DNA of 61,865 nt, filler included, from Basidiobolus ranarum (GCA_040143965.1; 11 parts of 11 records of this genome joined end to end with filler, not necessarily neighbours in it); one strand, 5' to 3'; shown: positions 11,600-25,051, numbered from the whole stretch's first letter. Numbers and translations are program-made. Notes: generated by a model not told the origin, from the letters alone.

Positions 11600-13671
11600 T
11601 TGTTTTAATATAAGCTGTTTCTAAGCAATTTCATTACACCAAGTTTACCATCTGAAAATTTAAATGCCATTCAAAAAGCACTCAAAATCTAAGTCAAAAT
11701 TGGCTTCCAAGCCAATGCCTGCTGGCACAAGTGGAAAAAAACATGCAAGAACAGAGGGCTTAATTGATGAGCAGTCTATTGATCCACTATCCACTTTGGA
11801 AGGCATTACTATTCCAGAAACTAACTCAAGTAATTATAAAGCATTAATCAATTTACCAGACATGATCCTTTCCAGCAATAGTGCAAGTGAAAAGATTGTA
11901 ATCCCCCAATTACGTAGTAAATCAATAGTTGAGCCAAGATCAGCAAATACCATCAAGACCATCAACTTCCAAAATGGCTACTTTGCCCACTATTGAACAA
12001 CCCTCTGTAGAAAATTTGGATGGAATTATTACAACAAAGGTATCACAGTCAGAACACCATAAAGATTTGTATGCAATCATAAGTTAAAACTATGAAGTTG
12101 CTCTACAGGCCATGACAAGCAATAATGCTGCAATATTGCAATTAATACAGTGTCCAGAAGCAACTAGTCAACAGCTAAAGAGTCACTCAACAATGATACA
12201 AGACCTTCAGAATGCTGTACTTGAGCTACAGCAACATGTTGCTCCCTCCATCCATTCTCATATAGGATCTCAATCAATCCCACACCATACATATTGATTG
12301 TTGCTGTGACAATCTAGCAGAGCAGAATATGTGTCAGACCATTAAGCCTACACAATGACCTGAAATTGCTGGGGCACATGAAAGGAGAGAACTCATAGGA
12401 AAACCAACAAACCAAAATACTCTGAATGTCAGAGCTGCTGTGACTTGCCCTGATTATGAGTGGTTTAACATTTTGGAAACTGTGCAGAATCTTGACCAAA
12501 ATCACCTGGATTTGAGTCAATCATGGAAAAACCAAAAACCAGGTGTTATTCTGAAGGTTCTTGACTTAATTCAGGTAGCTTATCCTGGGTTTTTGCAAGC
12601 AAATGGCAATTGCAATAGTATAGGCCTATTCATGAAACATCTCAAAAATGTATGCAATTAACAACTTGGAAAAGAAAGAAAAGCAGCTAAAGAAGTACTA
12701 AAGGAGCAGAAAGTTAGTAAACCCAAGGGAAATGCAAGGGAGCCAGTGAGTTTAGGCTATGCTGTCCTACTCACCAAATTCTTCACACCATTACAAAGAT
12801 CTGCAATTTGTAAGTCAGATATACTGGCAAAAAAGCTTAATTTCACCATGGAACTGGGTACACCATTTGGAAGAGTGCTAAATTTGGAAGTTCATCCAAC
12901 ACCTTGCATCTCTCAACAAGCCAAAACACCAGCATATCAAACTCACAGCTCTCCAACCTCAACTAGTACTTTTCAAAGTATTGAAATTAGCCCCAAAGTT
13001 AAAGGCAAGCAAAAAGCTGCATAAACACTGCAAAGGACCCTCTGTAGTGTCACACTACAAGGTTGTATAAAAATAGTCAAAGTGCTTGAGAAGTATTTTC
13101 AAAAGTATGAAGGGAAAAACACTGTTCAAATATGCAGAAAGTGGCTTCAGAAGAAGAATATTCAATGTGACATTCAGTCTGGTGTTGACCGTGCAGATAT
13201 CTGGGAAGAACTTATTACAGAGTGGCATGATATTGCAGGGTATCCACCAGATAGCTGGCAGAAATTTGATTCAGCAACATTAATACAATGGTGGGCTTTG
13301 ATTGAGATATAGATACAAACTCAGGTTGGGTATGAGCTCAATCTTGGGTATGAAGAACTCTATAAAAATATTCAGGAGACTATATCAAAGAGACTAGAGA
13401 TTTCAAAGGTGACAAATTAGCATTCAAGTGGTATTTGTGTAAAATTTGAGTTACGTTTTTCACATATGTGTTGATCCATAGTTCTCTGAGATTGTAGCCA
13501 ATCATGCGCAGTTATTTTGCAAGATCTTGAAGTTTCACTCCTGAAACTGAAAAAATTGATTAAAATCAAATCTAACTTGATAATTTTATGATGGTAAGTA
13601 AATGGTCAATCCCAAATGGAATAAAATTGTGACACTTTTCCTACAGTGACAATCTTCAAATTTCTGTCAGG
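11600..13671 (+). mobile_element. Unclassified repeat family X, copy 1: decayed ORF (11664-~13420) plus ~250-bp conserved non-coding end
   Basis: Frameshifted, stop-ridden ORF fragments whose 3' part is near-identical to 15939-16826 (-), 41764-42115 and 45101-45430. CpG nearly absent. Confidence 0.75.
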
Positions 13672-13689
13672 GCAGAATGTTCACTTGTT

Positions 13690-15900
13690 CATATCTGCTC
13701 TATCTATGACTACCAATAAGGACTCTCAAGTATGGTATACTGATTCTGGAGCATCCCAACATTTCACAAATAAAAGCATTGGTTTGTGGATTATTAAGAA
13801 ATCCAAATTAGAAAGATTTTCATGGGATATAACTGCATATTAAATGTTATTTCAATAGGAACATTAAAAGTGTCTACTTTTAAGGATGTGCTACATGTTC
13901 CAGATATTGCAAAGAACTTAATATCTGTATGTAATGCCACCTCAGAAGGGCTAAAATACAATTTTGATAAGTCAGGATGCATCATCACTGATCAAAATAG
14001 GATTAATTGGCCTAGGGAGAAAAGGATCAGACCTTGTACAAACTTACATAAAATCCAAGAGGTTTGTGTATAAATAGAGGTTATTTCAATCAAGAAGCTA
14101 TTCAATTATTGCATAAAAGATTTGGCCATATTGGATTTGATAATTGGAGTAAATTGCTCCAAAATTACCTAATATCTGGAATACAAATTAACCTCCCAAC
14201 CACAATGGGCATTTGTGAGGATTTTATATATGGAAAACAGGTCAGGAAACCATTCAAGAGCTCTGGTTTAATCAAATCTGTCAAAAAATTGGATCTAATT
14301 CATTAAATTTGTATGGACCTATGCAAAATTTATCTTTGGGTGGAAAAATATATTTAATTTCATTTATTGATGATTATACAAGATACACTTGGGTCTGCTT
14401 TATGGACAGAAAAGAAGAAGGAATCTCTATCTTGAGAGTTATCAGAACACTTGTGGAGACTGAAACTGGAACTAAAATCACAAAAATATGTACATATAAT
14501 GGTGGAGAATATACTTCAACACTATTTAGGCACTTGCTGAAGGGTCATGGAATTAAGCAAGACACCGCTGCTCCCTGTTCACCTCAATCAAACTGAGTTG
14601 CTGAAAGTGCTAACAGGACTATAACAGAAATGGCAAGTTCTATGATAAATGCACAAAATTTGACTCCTCACTTTAGAGCAGAATCAGTTGATACAGCTCT
14701 ATATCTGAGGAATTGAAGTTTTGCTAGAAGTTTGTCTAACTCTACACCATATCAAGTCTGGTTTGGAGTTAAACCTGATGCAAAATATTTGAGGATTATT
14801 GGATGCATTACTTATGTCAAAATTATGTACACAAATTGGTCTAAATTTGATTCAAAAAGTAAGAAATGCATGTTTCTGGGTTATTGGACTCAAATTGAGA
14901 CCTAATCGCTCTATGACACCAAAATTTCCAAGTTAATCAAGTCCAGGGATGTTTTGTTCAATGTAAATGAAAAATATTTACCCAAAATGACCCCAGATAA
15001 TGACAAAAATTAATGTTCTCCTGATCCAATTTTTCAAATTGATTTAAACCAAAACAGTGAAGAAAAAAGCATTCTTGAGTACCCTTCAACCAAGATTTTG
15101 CCTACTGAAGTGCCCAATACAATGTCAGAAGTTGTAGTGCCTTTAACCCAAACTGGGAGATCCAATGATATTAGAAATAGCCCTGATCACTGTATCAATG
15201 AGTCCCAAAATTGGGCCTATGCCTGCACAGCTCAAATATATGAGCCCCAGACAGTAAACAAGGCCCTGAATGGCCCTCACAAACTTTTGGAGATCAGCAA
15301 TGGCAGATGAGTACTATACTTTAATTGATAATGAAACTTGGATTTTAACCAACTCAATTGATGGTAGAAAATCAATTGGCTGCCAATAGGTGTTTCAAAG
15401 TTAAAAACAACTCTGATAGGAGTATAGAAAGGTAGAAGGCTAGACTAGTAGACAAAGGCTATTCTCAAACACCAGGAGCAGGTTATACAGAAATTTTGCT
15501 CCTTTAGCAATATTTAATTTAATTAGATTGATTTTAGCTATTTCAGGTAAATATTACCTAAACAATAACTTTAAACAAGTCTAAGTATATCCTAGATATA
15601 TTAAAGAAGCTTAAAATGGAAGAACTTAATCCAGTATATACCCCAATGGAGACAAATCTTGACTTGACCAAAACTGGCTGAAATCAGATGCATTTGGATT
15701 CAAATGAAAGCCAGAAATTTTCTTATGAATCTATGGCTTGTAGTTTGATGCATATCATGGTTAGCACACAGCCAGATATTACATATTCTGTGGAAGTTTT
15801 GTGCCAATATCATCAACATTATGTAACCAAACAAATCATAGCAGTTAAGCAGATTTTCAGATATTAGAAAGATACTGTGAATCTGTGCTTATGATACACA
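13690..15900 (+). mobile_element. Decayed Ty1/copia pol fragment (protease, integrase, RT)
   Basis: WYTDSGASQHFT (protease), LHKRFGHIG (pre-integrase), GPM...YLISFIDDYTRYTWV and NGGEYTS (integrase), EPQTVNKALNGP and RT remnants. Many stops and frameshifts. Confidence 0.9.
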
Positions 15901-15938
15901 TATTCTGGATCAATGCAAATTGGAGAAGAGATATTGAA

Positions 15939-16826
15939 CCATAACAGAAATTTGAGGATTGTTATTGTAGGAAAACTGTCACCATTTTAACCCATTTGGG
16001 GTTGACTGTTTAGTTACTGTCATAAAATTGTCAAGTTAGATTTGAATCTAATCAATTTTTTCAGTTTCAGGAGTGAAATTTCAAGATCTTGCAAAAACAT
16101 TGCATACAATTTGCTACAATCTTAGAGAACTATGGATCAACACATGTGAAAAAACATAACTCAAATTTCACATGTTATCAATTGAATGCCAATTTGTAAC
16201 CTTTGGAATCCCTAGTCTCTTTGATATAATCACCTGAATATTTTTATAGAGTTCTTCATACCCAAGGTTTAGCTCATACCCAACATGAGTTTGTATCAAT
16301 ATTTCCATCAAAGCCCACCATTGTATTAATGTTGCTGATTCAACATTCTTCCAGCTATCTGGCAGATATTCTGTAATATTGTGCCACTCTGTATTAAGTT
16401 CTTCCCAGATATCTGCACAGTCAACACTAGACTTAATGTCAAGTTGAATGTTCTTTTTCTGAAGCCACTTTCTGCATACTTGCACTGCATTTTTCCCCTC
16501 ATACTTTTGAAAATACTCCTCAAGCTCTTTGACTATTTTTGTATGTCCTTGTAGTGTAAAACTACTGAGGGTGCTTTGCAGTGTTTGTGTAGCTTTTTGC
16601 TTGCCTTTAACTTTGGGGCTAATTTCAACACTTTGAAAAGTACCAGTTGAGGTTGGAGAGCCATGAGTTTTATTTGCTGGTGTTTTGGCTTGTTGAGAGG
16701 TGCCAGGTGTTGGATAAACTTCCAAATTTAGCACTCTTCCAACTGGTGTACCCAGTTCCATGGTGAAATTAAGCTTTTTTGCCAGTATATCTGACTCTGG
16801 AATTGCAGATCTTTGTAATGGTGTGA
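15939..16826 (-). mobile_element. Unclassified repeat family X, copy 2 (inverted), with an uninterrupted 197-aa C-terminal ORF
   Basis: ORF 16168-16761 (MELGTPVGRVLNLEV...WEELNTEWH...WWALMEI) aligns to fragments at 12848-13420. The non-coding end matches 13430-13671. Confidence 0.8.
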
Positions 16827-16926
16827 NNNNNNNNNNNNNNNNNNNNNNNNNNNNNNNNNNNNNNNNNNNNTTAATTAATTAANNNNNNNNNNNNNNNNNN
16901 NNNNNNNNNNNNNNNNNNNNNNNNNN

Positions 16927-17033
16927 AGTGATATTTGACTAAATAATGTTGACTAACTAATATGTGATATATGAAATAGTTAGGTGTATAAAGATAGGGA
17001 TAACATATATGATAAAGACAATAAACTTCAACA
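16927..17033 (+). repeat. LTR family B fragment
   Basis: GTGATATTTGACTAA...TAGGTGTATAAA...GATAAAGACAATAAACTTCAACA is shared with 25052-25176. Confidence 0.7.
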
Positions 17034-17204
17034 AACAAGCCTACTCTTTACAGTCTCTTCAATAAAATGTTGTCTAATAACTATATGCTTGCTTCTAATA
17101 TGAAATAACAAATTTTCAGCTAAATTTGATACAACTTAGATTATCTTCAAATATAGTTGTTTGGTGAATTTTGAGAATAGCCCAAATCTGTTAGGAGTTT
17201 TCTT

Positions 17205-17532
17205 TGTTAAAGTATTTGGGAGCCTGTTGGAAGTAGTTTAAAGAACTAGAGAAATTATTGGTTTTCATTTATTGGTTTATTGAGTTGAAAGTTGACATTT
17301 AGACTTTTGTCAAGATGTAAGCAAACTAACATGTAGAATGTGTTAAGGAAGGTCCCAGAAACATGTGTGCAAAGTTTAGGGCTTCTAGCATTTGCTTAAA
17401 AAATCTATGTATTTGAGGACACCTAAGTAGTTCCAATTTGGAATGATGGGTGATATGTTAGTGGCATATAGGTTAACTAAATACTAAGCTATATAGGATT
17501 ATATATATGTTTAGGCAATGCTAATTGCAACA
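17205..17532 (-). mobile_element. Solo LTR, copia family A
   Basis: Bounded by TG...CA. Reverse complement of 486-832. Confidence 0.8.
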
Positions 17533-19659
17533 GCATCTTGTGTACATTACTGGCAAAGTGTATCCATGAGAGATTGAATCTTCCAAACCCTTTGCTTTCT
17601 TTTTATATGGTGAAGATTATCCTGCATATCCTCTCAATCATCATTACATTATTGCATAAAAATCCATTACCCCAAGTGTCAAATTCTCCCAGTAAACTTG
17701 ATGTGATTGATTTGTGGCAATTGCTTGAGTCAATCAAAAGTCCACAATGTATTTCATAGTTTCAAACGCATGATGAATAAGAGTTGGTGAGTATCTTGAC
17801 AAATATTAATTCTTAGCACATTACTGGGTATATTTCACGAAATCAGCCAAGCTCAATTTACTTTCTCTCCACAACTTAGTTTTCTAGCACTGACAGAACA
17901 TCAAGCGTAGCAAGCTCTCGGACCCCTATAACATAAACAAGCTCTTCCAATTAGTTTATAGATTTTACAAAATGTACTATATGTACAAACAATCTCAGAA
18001 TTAGAAATTGCGAACTGGAATTTTGTAACTTGGCGAAATTTACCCAGAGATACCATACTTTAACAGATGTTCTGAATATGACCTCATCATTTTACTTCAG
18101 TATGATCTTTTCAAATGTTTAGGCGAATTCGTTTATTCATATGAACTTCAATTCTTAATAATCACTGGTTTTTATCTCTGCCCTGGTTATAAACTTACAC
18201 ACTAGACCAATGTATCATCAAATGACTGCTATAATCAGCAAGGTAAGCTTAGCCAACGGCCAGTCAAGACAAATCAGCAATGTACCTAGAGGAACTGTCG
18301 AATATGATCACTTTCAGTACGAGCAAGATTGAACGTCATATCTGAATAATCCAGAAAAGCGGTTGAAGAAGCAATATTAGCATATTGGGCATGTACGTAT
18401 CTCGATTAGTAAATCCGTATCATTGGATGTATGTGTAACGTATTGAGCTTTGTCACTAGTCGTCGTCATGGCAGAAACTGAAGAATTCGTCGTTGGATAT
18501 TGTATTCGTATTGTTTCCAACAGTTTACGTAATTTGACCTGATTGGAATCGAGTGTCACTAGTTTAGTCAAGAAGGTTTTAGCCATGATGTTGATCGAAT
18601 TCTCATCGACAGAAAATAAGAAGGATGGACTAGAACCAGTGCTTGATTTGCTAAATCCCGAACAGTCGCTGAACTGGCTATTCCCAATATGCTTAGTTGG
18701 AGAAGATTCCTAACTCATTAGAATTCAGTTCCACGAATTGGATTCTGAAACCCTCTAAACAATGCGTAATTTGTATTAACTTCGTTCAATCAATGATATG
18801 ATCGCTCAGACTCCATTGGGTAGAAATTCATCATAGTTTGTATTTGGACACGGCAAATCTGTAATCTCCGAGGAGATTTCATCGATTGATCAAACCAACA
18901 GGCGATTAATTAAGTCAGTCCAGTACAAATGTACACTGCGATCAAAAGAAACCTTCCAACACAACCACCCAAAGCTATTCTTGTACAAATCAGAGAGCGA
19001 ATTTGCTTAATTGCCAAGATCAGAATTAACAAGGACTTGAAACATGGTCAATTAGAGGACGGTTTCGGATCGGTTGATCTGAAGTATCAACATTGTCACT
19101 GTTTGACGAGTATGAAGTCACTACTAAAGCTCGAATGGTACATGCACATATGACCTTATCTCAATCCCCAGTAAAGAGTACGTTTCTCACCAAGCTGGCC
19201 TGTGTGATGATGATTTGTTTAGGCTTGAGTTTTGTACCAGTTGGTGAGGATCTGATCAGTAGTAGCACTGCTTTCCGATCAGCAACTCAATCAAAAGATC
19301 GCTATAGTAAAGTTAGTTTAATAGAAATCTTTCATCATAATGAAACCAACCCCGTCCACTGCAGTTTCTAATGGAGCTCTCTAATGTTGTGATGCTGTGA
19401 TGTCATAGAATGCTCATCTTCATGTTGCATTAGCCCTCACAGGATGACATAATCAGTTTCCCAAAAACGGCGATCCTTCCGGATTGCAGGATACCTGATC
19501 TTGTGGGAACCTATAAAGTCATGGAATCGCACTTTGATGATTCCCACATCAGTTCTCTTGAATAGAATACCAAAGCTCCTTGACAATTCTATCAGAGTAA
19601 TCTATTTGCACCAATCTAGTAGACCTCCTGTAATTACCCTAGACTAATACTCGCCTCTA

Positions 19660-20483
19660 ATGCCTATTAACAATGGTTCGCATCCAACTGATGGAACTAC
19701 AATCATAATTCCAGTTACTTTTCACTCGCCCTCCATCGGCCAATCCTATCTAGACTCAGATATAGGCCTCACAAACTCAGCAAACAACTCACATATACTC
19801 CGGCAGTTATTGCAGCGTTATTCCAATCTGCTGCTTCTGCCACATCATCAGAGACGGGAGGGCATGGGAGTGTTGAGCAATACGCTACCTGCGTCCAAAC
19901 AAGTTATGACTAAATTGGCAACAGTTTCTATCACATCATCGCATCTTTGTAAGTGAATTTTGTCATTAATACCGCATCGGATCAATTTTATCCAACGTGA
20001 AATTAATATGTAGCTTCTGTCTGATTAGCATCACAGCCCTCATGCTCCATATGTCATGATGAGTTCGCATGCGAAGGGGGATTGAAGAGCAAAGTACGGG
20101 AAATGCCTTGTCACCACATATTTCACGAACACTGCTTATTCCCCTGGTTAGCTAAATGTAACACGTGCCCAATGTGTAGATCACAAATCGAAGCTGAGCC
20201 TTCTGCTCCTCTACGAACTTACCAACTACTCCAAGTGGGCAACACGGATCACTCCGGAGCATGCGGCCATTGTCATAACAGCCTTAATGGCGAATGTGAA
20301 GAGGAGCAGACAAGCTCAGCCACCATCACTTTGATTGGTTGCAAGCACATATTTCACACAAGTTGTTTATGCAAGGTCGCCCTAAAGGAAAGAGGAATTC
20401 CTCTTTCTCAACACTCATATGTTCGATGCCCAACATGCCAAATGGAGCATTTGATTAAATCATCCCTACTCCTGCCATCGTAA
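19660..20483 (+). CDS. E3 ligase-like protein with two RING-H2-type fingers; intron 19949-20028
   Basis: LPASKQVM pre-RING motif (RNF181/RNF126-like). First finger CSIC..MPCHHIFHEHCLFPWL..CPMC. Second finger CGHC...GCKHIFHTSC...CPTC. Confidence 0.85.
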
Positions 20484-21838
20484 AACCATGTACCAGTCTT
20501 GTAACAACAACACGGGATTTGATATCCCTTTAGCATCTCAGGTGATTGCTGAACCAACTTTGTACCTCTCATCCCAATCAGCGTCACTACTCAATAACTG
20601 TGAGACCTCCATTACTATTTCCATTTGGTTTCAGTTTCTATTCTATCTTTTGTGTTGTGCTGATTTAAACACATTAGCCTGTATTTTTCTCATTTTATTC
20701 ATTAGTGTTTAGCCAACAAAACCTGGAGATACTGCTTATATGCTTGAGTGTTGATCCAGATGTACACTTCATATAGGCAAACACGTATATATTACTATTA
20801 CAAAAATTCATTGACCTAAACCTCTTCACTCATTTGTCAGCGTTAACTAAATCCAGGTAAAGTACTAAAGCTGTAAAAGCTCTTAAGAATTAAATAAACG
20901 TGCCATGACAACTCGCTTCAACAGATTAAGCGACATAATCAAGATGACCAAATCACTAGGGGTTTATCAGGTTCCATCACTAGATTAGCTATATATATAT
21001 AACCCAGGTTTACTTGAAACAACAGTAACTGTTAGAATTCCTAGAGTGCTAAGGGGTAACAACTTCGCAGAAGGGGAAGAGAAGATAAACAAGTACGCTA
21101 TGGTCTTAATATTTCAGTATCATATGAACGGTACATCAGTATGGATACTGTAAGACTCAATATTCTAAAATCAATAGAGTATCTCAACAATTCCCCTTTT
21201 ACTAACGCACACAAAAGAGCCTTGAAGTATAGGCAATAGTATAATCGATGGTATATTCTAAAAGGTCCTCCACAATCCCTGGCTAAACCATTCTCAATTC
21301 GGTTAACAAGAATCAGTCCACTGAAAAAAAGAACTATTATCACAAAGATTTACTGAAGCTCTCTGTATCTCTGCTCAAAGCGAATAGTACTAGTAGCTTA
21401 ATTACTAAAGGTGAATTTGTTACCATTTCTGGCATTTTTAAACTCATTTTCTAGTTTCAGTGTTTACTTTCCTCCTATTACAATGACAAATCGTGCACTA
21501 CTCGAAAATGTAGCCACATTATCAGTCAGTCAGTACTTCAGCCCGAAAAGTTAAAAGGTAAGTACTTGGAATACTGTATGGCAAATAATTAAAATGACAA
21601 ATACAAGTAAAATATTTAACCGTTACTAGTTCGACTTTCAGTTATACGGAGGTGAGCAAGATTTAGTCCAACAACTCTTGTGCCAAGACACTCAAGTATT
21701 ATATTTGCATTTTAAAGAGATTGATGGCTCTATTTAAGGTGACTGAAAGAAAGGTTTGAATCTAGAGAATAGGCAGTACGGCAAGGACGTCGTGAATCAG
21801 ATGAGTTTACGGTCAAAGGAACCTGACTTGCCTGTTCA

Positions 21839-22464
21839 CTAACCCACGCTGATCCTAAAGCAGAACATAGTAGTAATGGCTACGAGAATATTAGTTATTG
21901 AGGAGGTTAAGGAACTCCCTTGGTTACTGTGATGCTTCCCAACAAGGAAATCCTCTCTTAATCCAGTAGCCTCTGTGATGTACGTTAGATGATGCCCTAA
22001 ATTTGTATATATGCCGACATCGTTATCGCGATTAGTTTTATAGCAATCGATTTCTGGCTTATTTAATACTGAACTATTGGTCTTTATCCCAACCAGCTCA
22101 TATCTTTCTCCTTGAAGCGTGTATAATGGCCCTCCGACTTCCGGTAAACAGAACCCTCCTGCTACGCATAAATACGCGCTGTGGTCACTTGGGCTTCCCT
22201 GGTAGTAATTATCACAACTATTGGATGGTAAGATATGCATTTTAGTCTTACTCAATGTAGGCATCCACCCGGCAGACGACGCTTCCATACCAGGACCAAT
22301 TTGGACTGAACTAATTGGAATGGGCTGGATATGTTGACTAAAAGACAAAGACTGTCTCAACTCGATTAAAGCAAGGTCGCTCTAAATACACAAATATCGA
22401 GGCGCCTATTTCCCAATGATTTATTTAAAAGAAGTAAGACCAAACTTACATTTCCTCCAGTCTG
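21839..22464 (-). CDS. Trypsin-fold (S1) serine protease homologue, catalytically inactive, probable GPI anchor; 5' end off contig; intron 22382-22449
   Basis: NSDLALIEL (Asp102 region), IQPIPI, AGW, FCLPEVGGPL in place of CxGDSGGPL, LVGI and GIYT. The tail is Ser-rich and then hydrophobic. Confidence 0.8.
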
Positions 22465-22564
22465 NNNNNNNNNNNNNNNNNNNNNNNNNNNNNNNNNNNN
22501 NNNNNNNNTTAATTAATTAANNNNNNNNNNNNNNNNNNNNNNNNNNNNNNNNNNNNNNNNNNNN

Positions 22565-24800
22565 TTTCAATTTTTTTTCTCACTGATCATGATCTGGTAA
22601 GAAAAAGAATAATTTTCATCAATTTTTGGTTGTTTTTCTTGATCCTGGATTGTTTTGATTGAACATTTTTCCTCTTCAGCTGATTCCACATCCCTTGACT
22701 TGATTAGCTTCTTAATTGTAGTGTCTTATAGTCTGTACCCATTTGTTCCATTGCAATATTCCCAAAACAGACATTTCTGGCTTTTTTGGTCTAATTTTGA
22801 TCTTCTCTAGGCTGGAATCATGGCATATGTGGTACTTCCAAAAACTCTGAGATTAGTCACATCATGTTTACTTCCAAACCAAGCTTGATCAGGTATCACA
22901 CCCAATAGAGACCTAGAAGGATGTCCACTCCTATATATACTGCATTAGCAACTGTTTCAACCAGAACTGTTGTGGCAAATCTTGATCATAAAGCCTTGAT
23001 CTTGTCTTTTTCATTATTTTTTGTTTGCACATTCTGCTACTCTATTCTGCTGTGGGGAATATGGCACTGTAATCTGCTGTTTTATCCCATGTGTTGAGCA
23101 GAAGTTAGAGAAGAGTCTTGAGATACATTCCCTGCCATTATCAGTATAGATGATCTTTATCTTTACACCTGTTTCACGCTCCCCTTTGCTTTGAGTTTCT
23201 TCAAGGTATCAAAGGCTTCATCCTAACAGGTCAGAAAGTACACCCAAGTATACTTTGTCTTATCATCAATAAAGGTCATAAAGTATCTTTTTCCACCTGA
23301 GGATTTTGACTCATTGCACCACACAGAGCTGAGTGTATCAGGCCCAATTTTGATCAATTTTGCTATTCCAGAGCCCACAAATGGCTGTCTTTGTTGCCTA
23401 CCATAGAGGCAACCTTCACATAGCTCCAGCTCCAGTAGAATTACAAAACTTAATCCCAAAACCATCTTGTTTTGATTGAATTTCTCAGATTTTCAGCTCC
23501 CAGATGACCAAATCTCCTATGCCAATTTTCAAGTCTATCTCTTCAGCTGTGGCAGTATTAAATTGCTCATATATTGACCTAATATAAAGAAGTTTGTACA
23601 AGTTATTTTGCTAAGCTCCAGAAGCTATGTAATTCCCTTTTTGATCCATGATTGTACTGCCATGTTGATCAAAATTTAAGCTATATCTCTCAAATATAGC
23701 TTTACTCACTCATAACAAATATTTTGCTATTCCATGCACATATAGCACAATTTTCAGTATCAAATACATGTCCCCAGAGATGCTCCCAAGATCCACTTCC
23801 AATTCCCCCACTCCCAGAGCCTCTAGTGGCTGGTCTTCTCACACATAACCCTTCTTGTTTATGTCAGTTTTGAGTGTCTGAAACCAGTTCTCTTGATTAG
23901 AGAAATGTTCAGAGGCTCTGGAATCAATCTACCACAACCTACAGTCTTGTTCAGAGGTCACTGTTAGAACAGAAATGACTAAAAATTCCTCTTTGGTAGA
24001 AACCTGATTTACTTGTTCTGACTTCTCATTTTTGTTGTGATTTCATGATTTGCAATCTTTTAACTGGTGTCCTGGTTTGTAACAAACATAGCATAAGTCT
24101 GGTTTCAGTCTTTTGTAACCTTTGTACTTGCCAAAGCTACATTTTCCAGCTCCAAAAAGAGCCACTCCCTCAGATTCTTCATCCATATTCTTACTTCTGA
24201 GGTGTTGATCCCTTAGCCTTGCCACCAAAAGCTCCAAAGACAACTTGTCAGATCTTGCTTCCAAAGCTGTGATCAAGTTTGAATGCTGCTCTGGTAGACT
24301 ACTTAGAAAAGTCATAATGACATCTTGTTCCTGTAAAGTTGCACAAATATTCCAGTTATTTTGCCAAATATCTCACATTTGCAATATGGGTAACCATGCT
24401 TTGCAACTTTTCAATCTTAATATTGAAGAATTTTCTTCTGAGAAAAAGTCTATTAGCAAATCTCTTTGCTTCATAACACTCTTCCAACATAATCCAAGCT
24501 TGATGGGCAGTTTTTGCATATTGAATATTCAAAAGTTGTAGATCCGTCAAATTTTGACAAATGACATTAAAGGCCTTGTTGTCTCTTTTCTTGTAAGCTG
24601 CCAATAAAGAGAGGTCAGAAGGTTCATTTTCATCTCCAGAGACTACATTTTAAATCTCCCTGTCTTCCAGCATGATTAGTATCTTGAGCTTCCAGAAATT
24701 GTAATTTTCTCCATCAAGCTTTTTATCACTGGAGTTAATAAAAGTGGTAATAGTAGTTTCTGTCATGCTGTAAAGGTTAAAACACAGGGCTCATGGTTTA
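22565..24800 (-). mobile_element. Decayed Ty1/copia gag-protease-integrase
   Basis: Gag KLDGENYNFWKLKILIML..., FLSSLPEQHSNLITALE, zinc knuckle CYVCYKPGHQLKDC and integrase SSGGKRYFMTFIDDKTKYTWVYFL. PBS-like ATGAGCCC at ~24790. Confidence 0.9.
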
Positions 24801-25051
24801 TTGGGAAAATATGGGCTGTTTGGAGGAACTTTAGAACAGTGCAATTGTGAATAGCTTTGTGAGATTATTAATTATTGTCCAGAACTAAAGCATTTATACA
24901 ATTTGATAGAAATACAGAAAACCAACACTGGGGTTGTGTTCAGAACATCTGTGGCAGTACAATGCACTATTTTTTGGGCAATTTGGATGAGTTTGAAATT
25001 TCCAATATGGAATTGCAAACTCCCACATCATTCACATATATATATAACATA

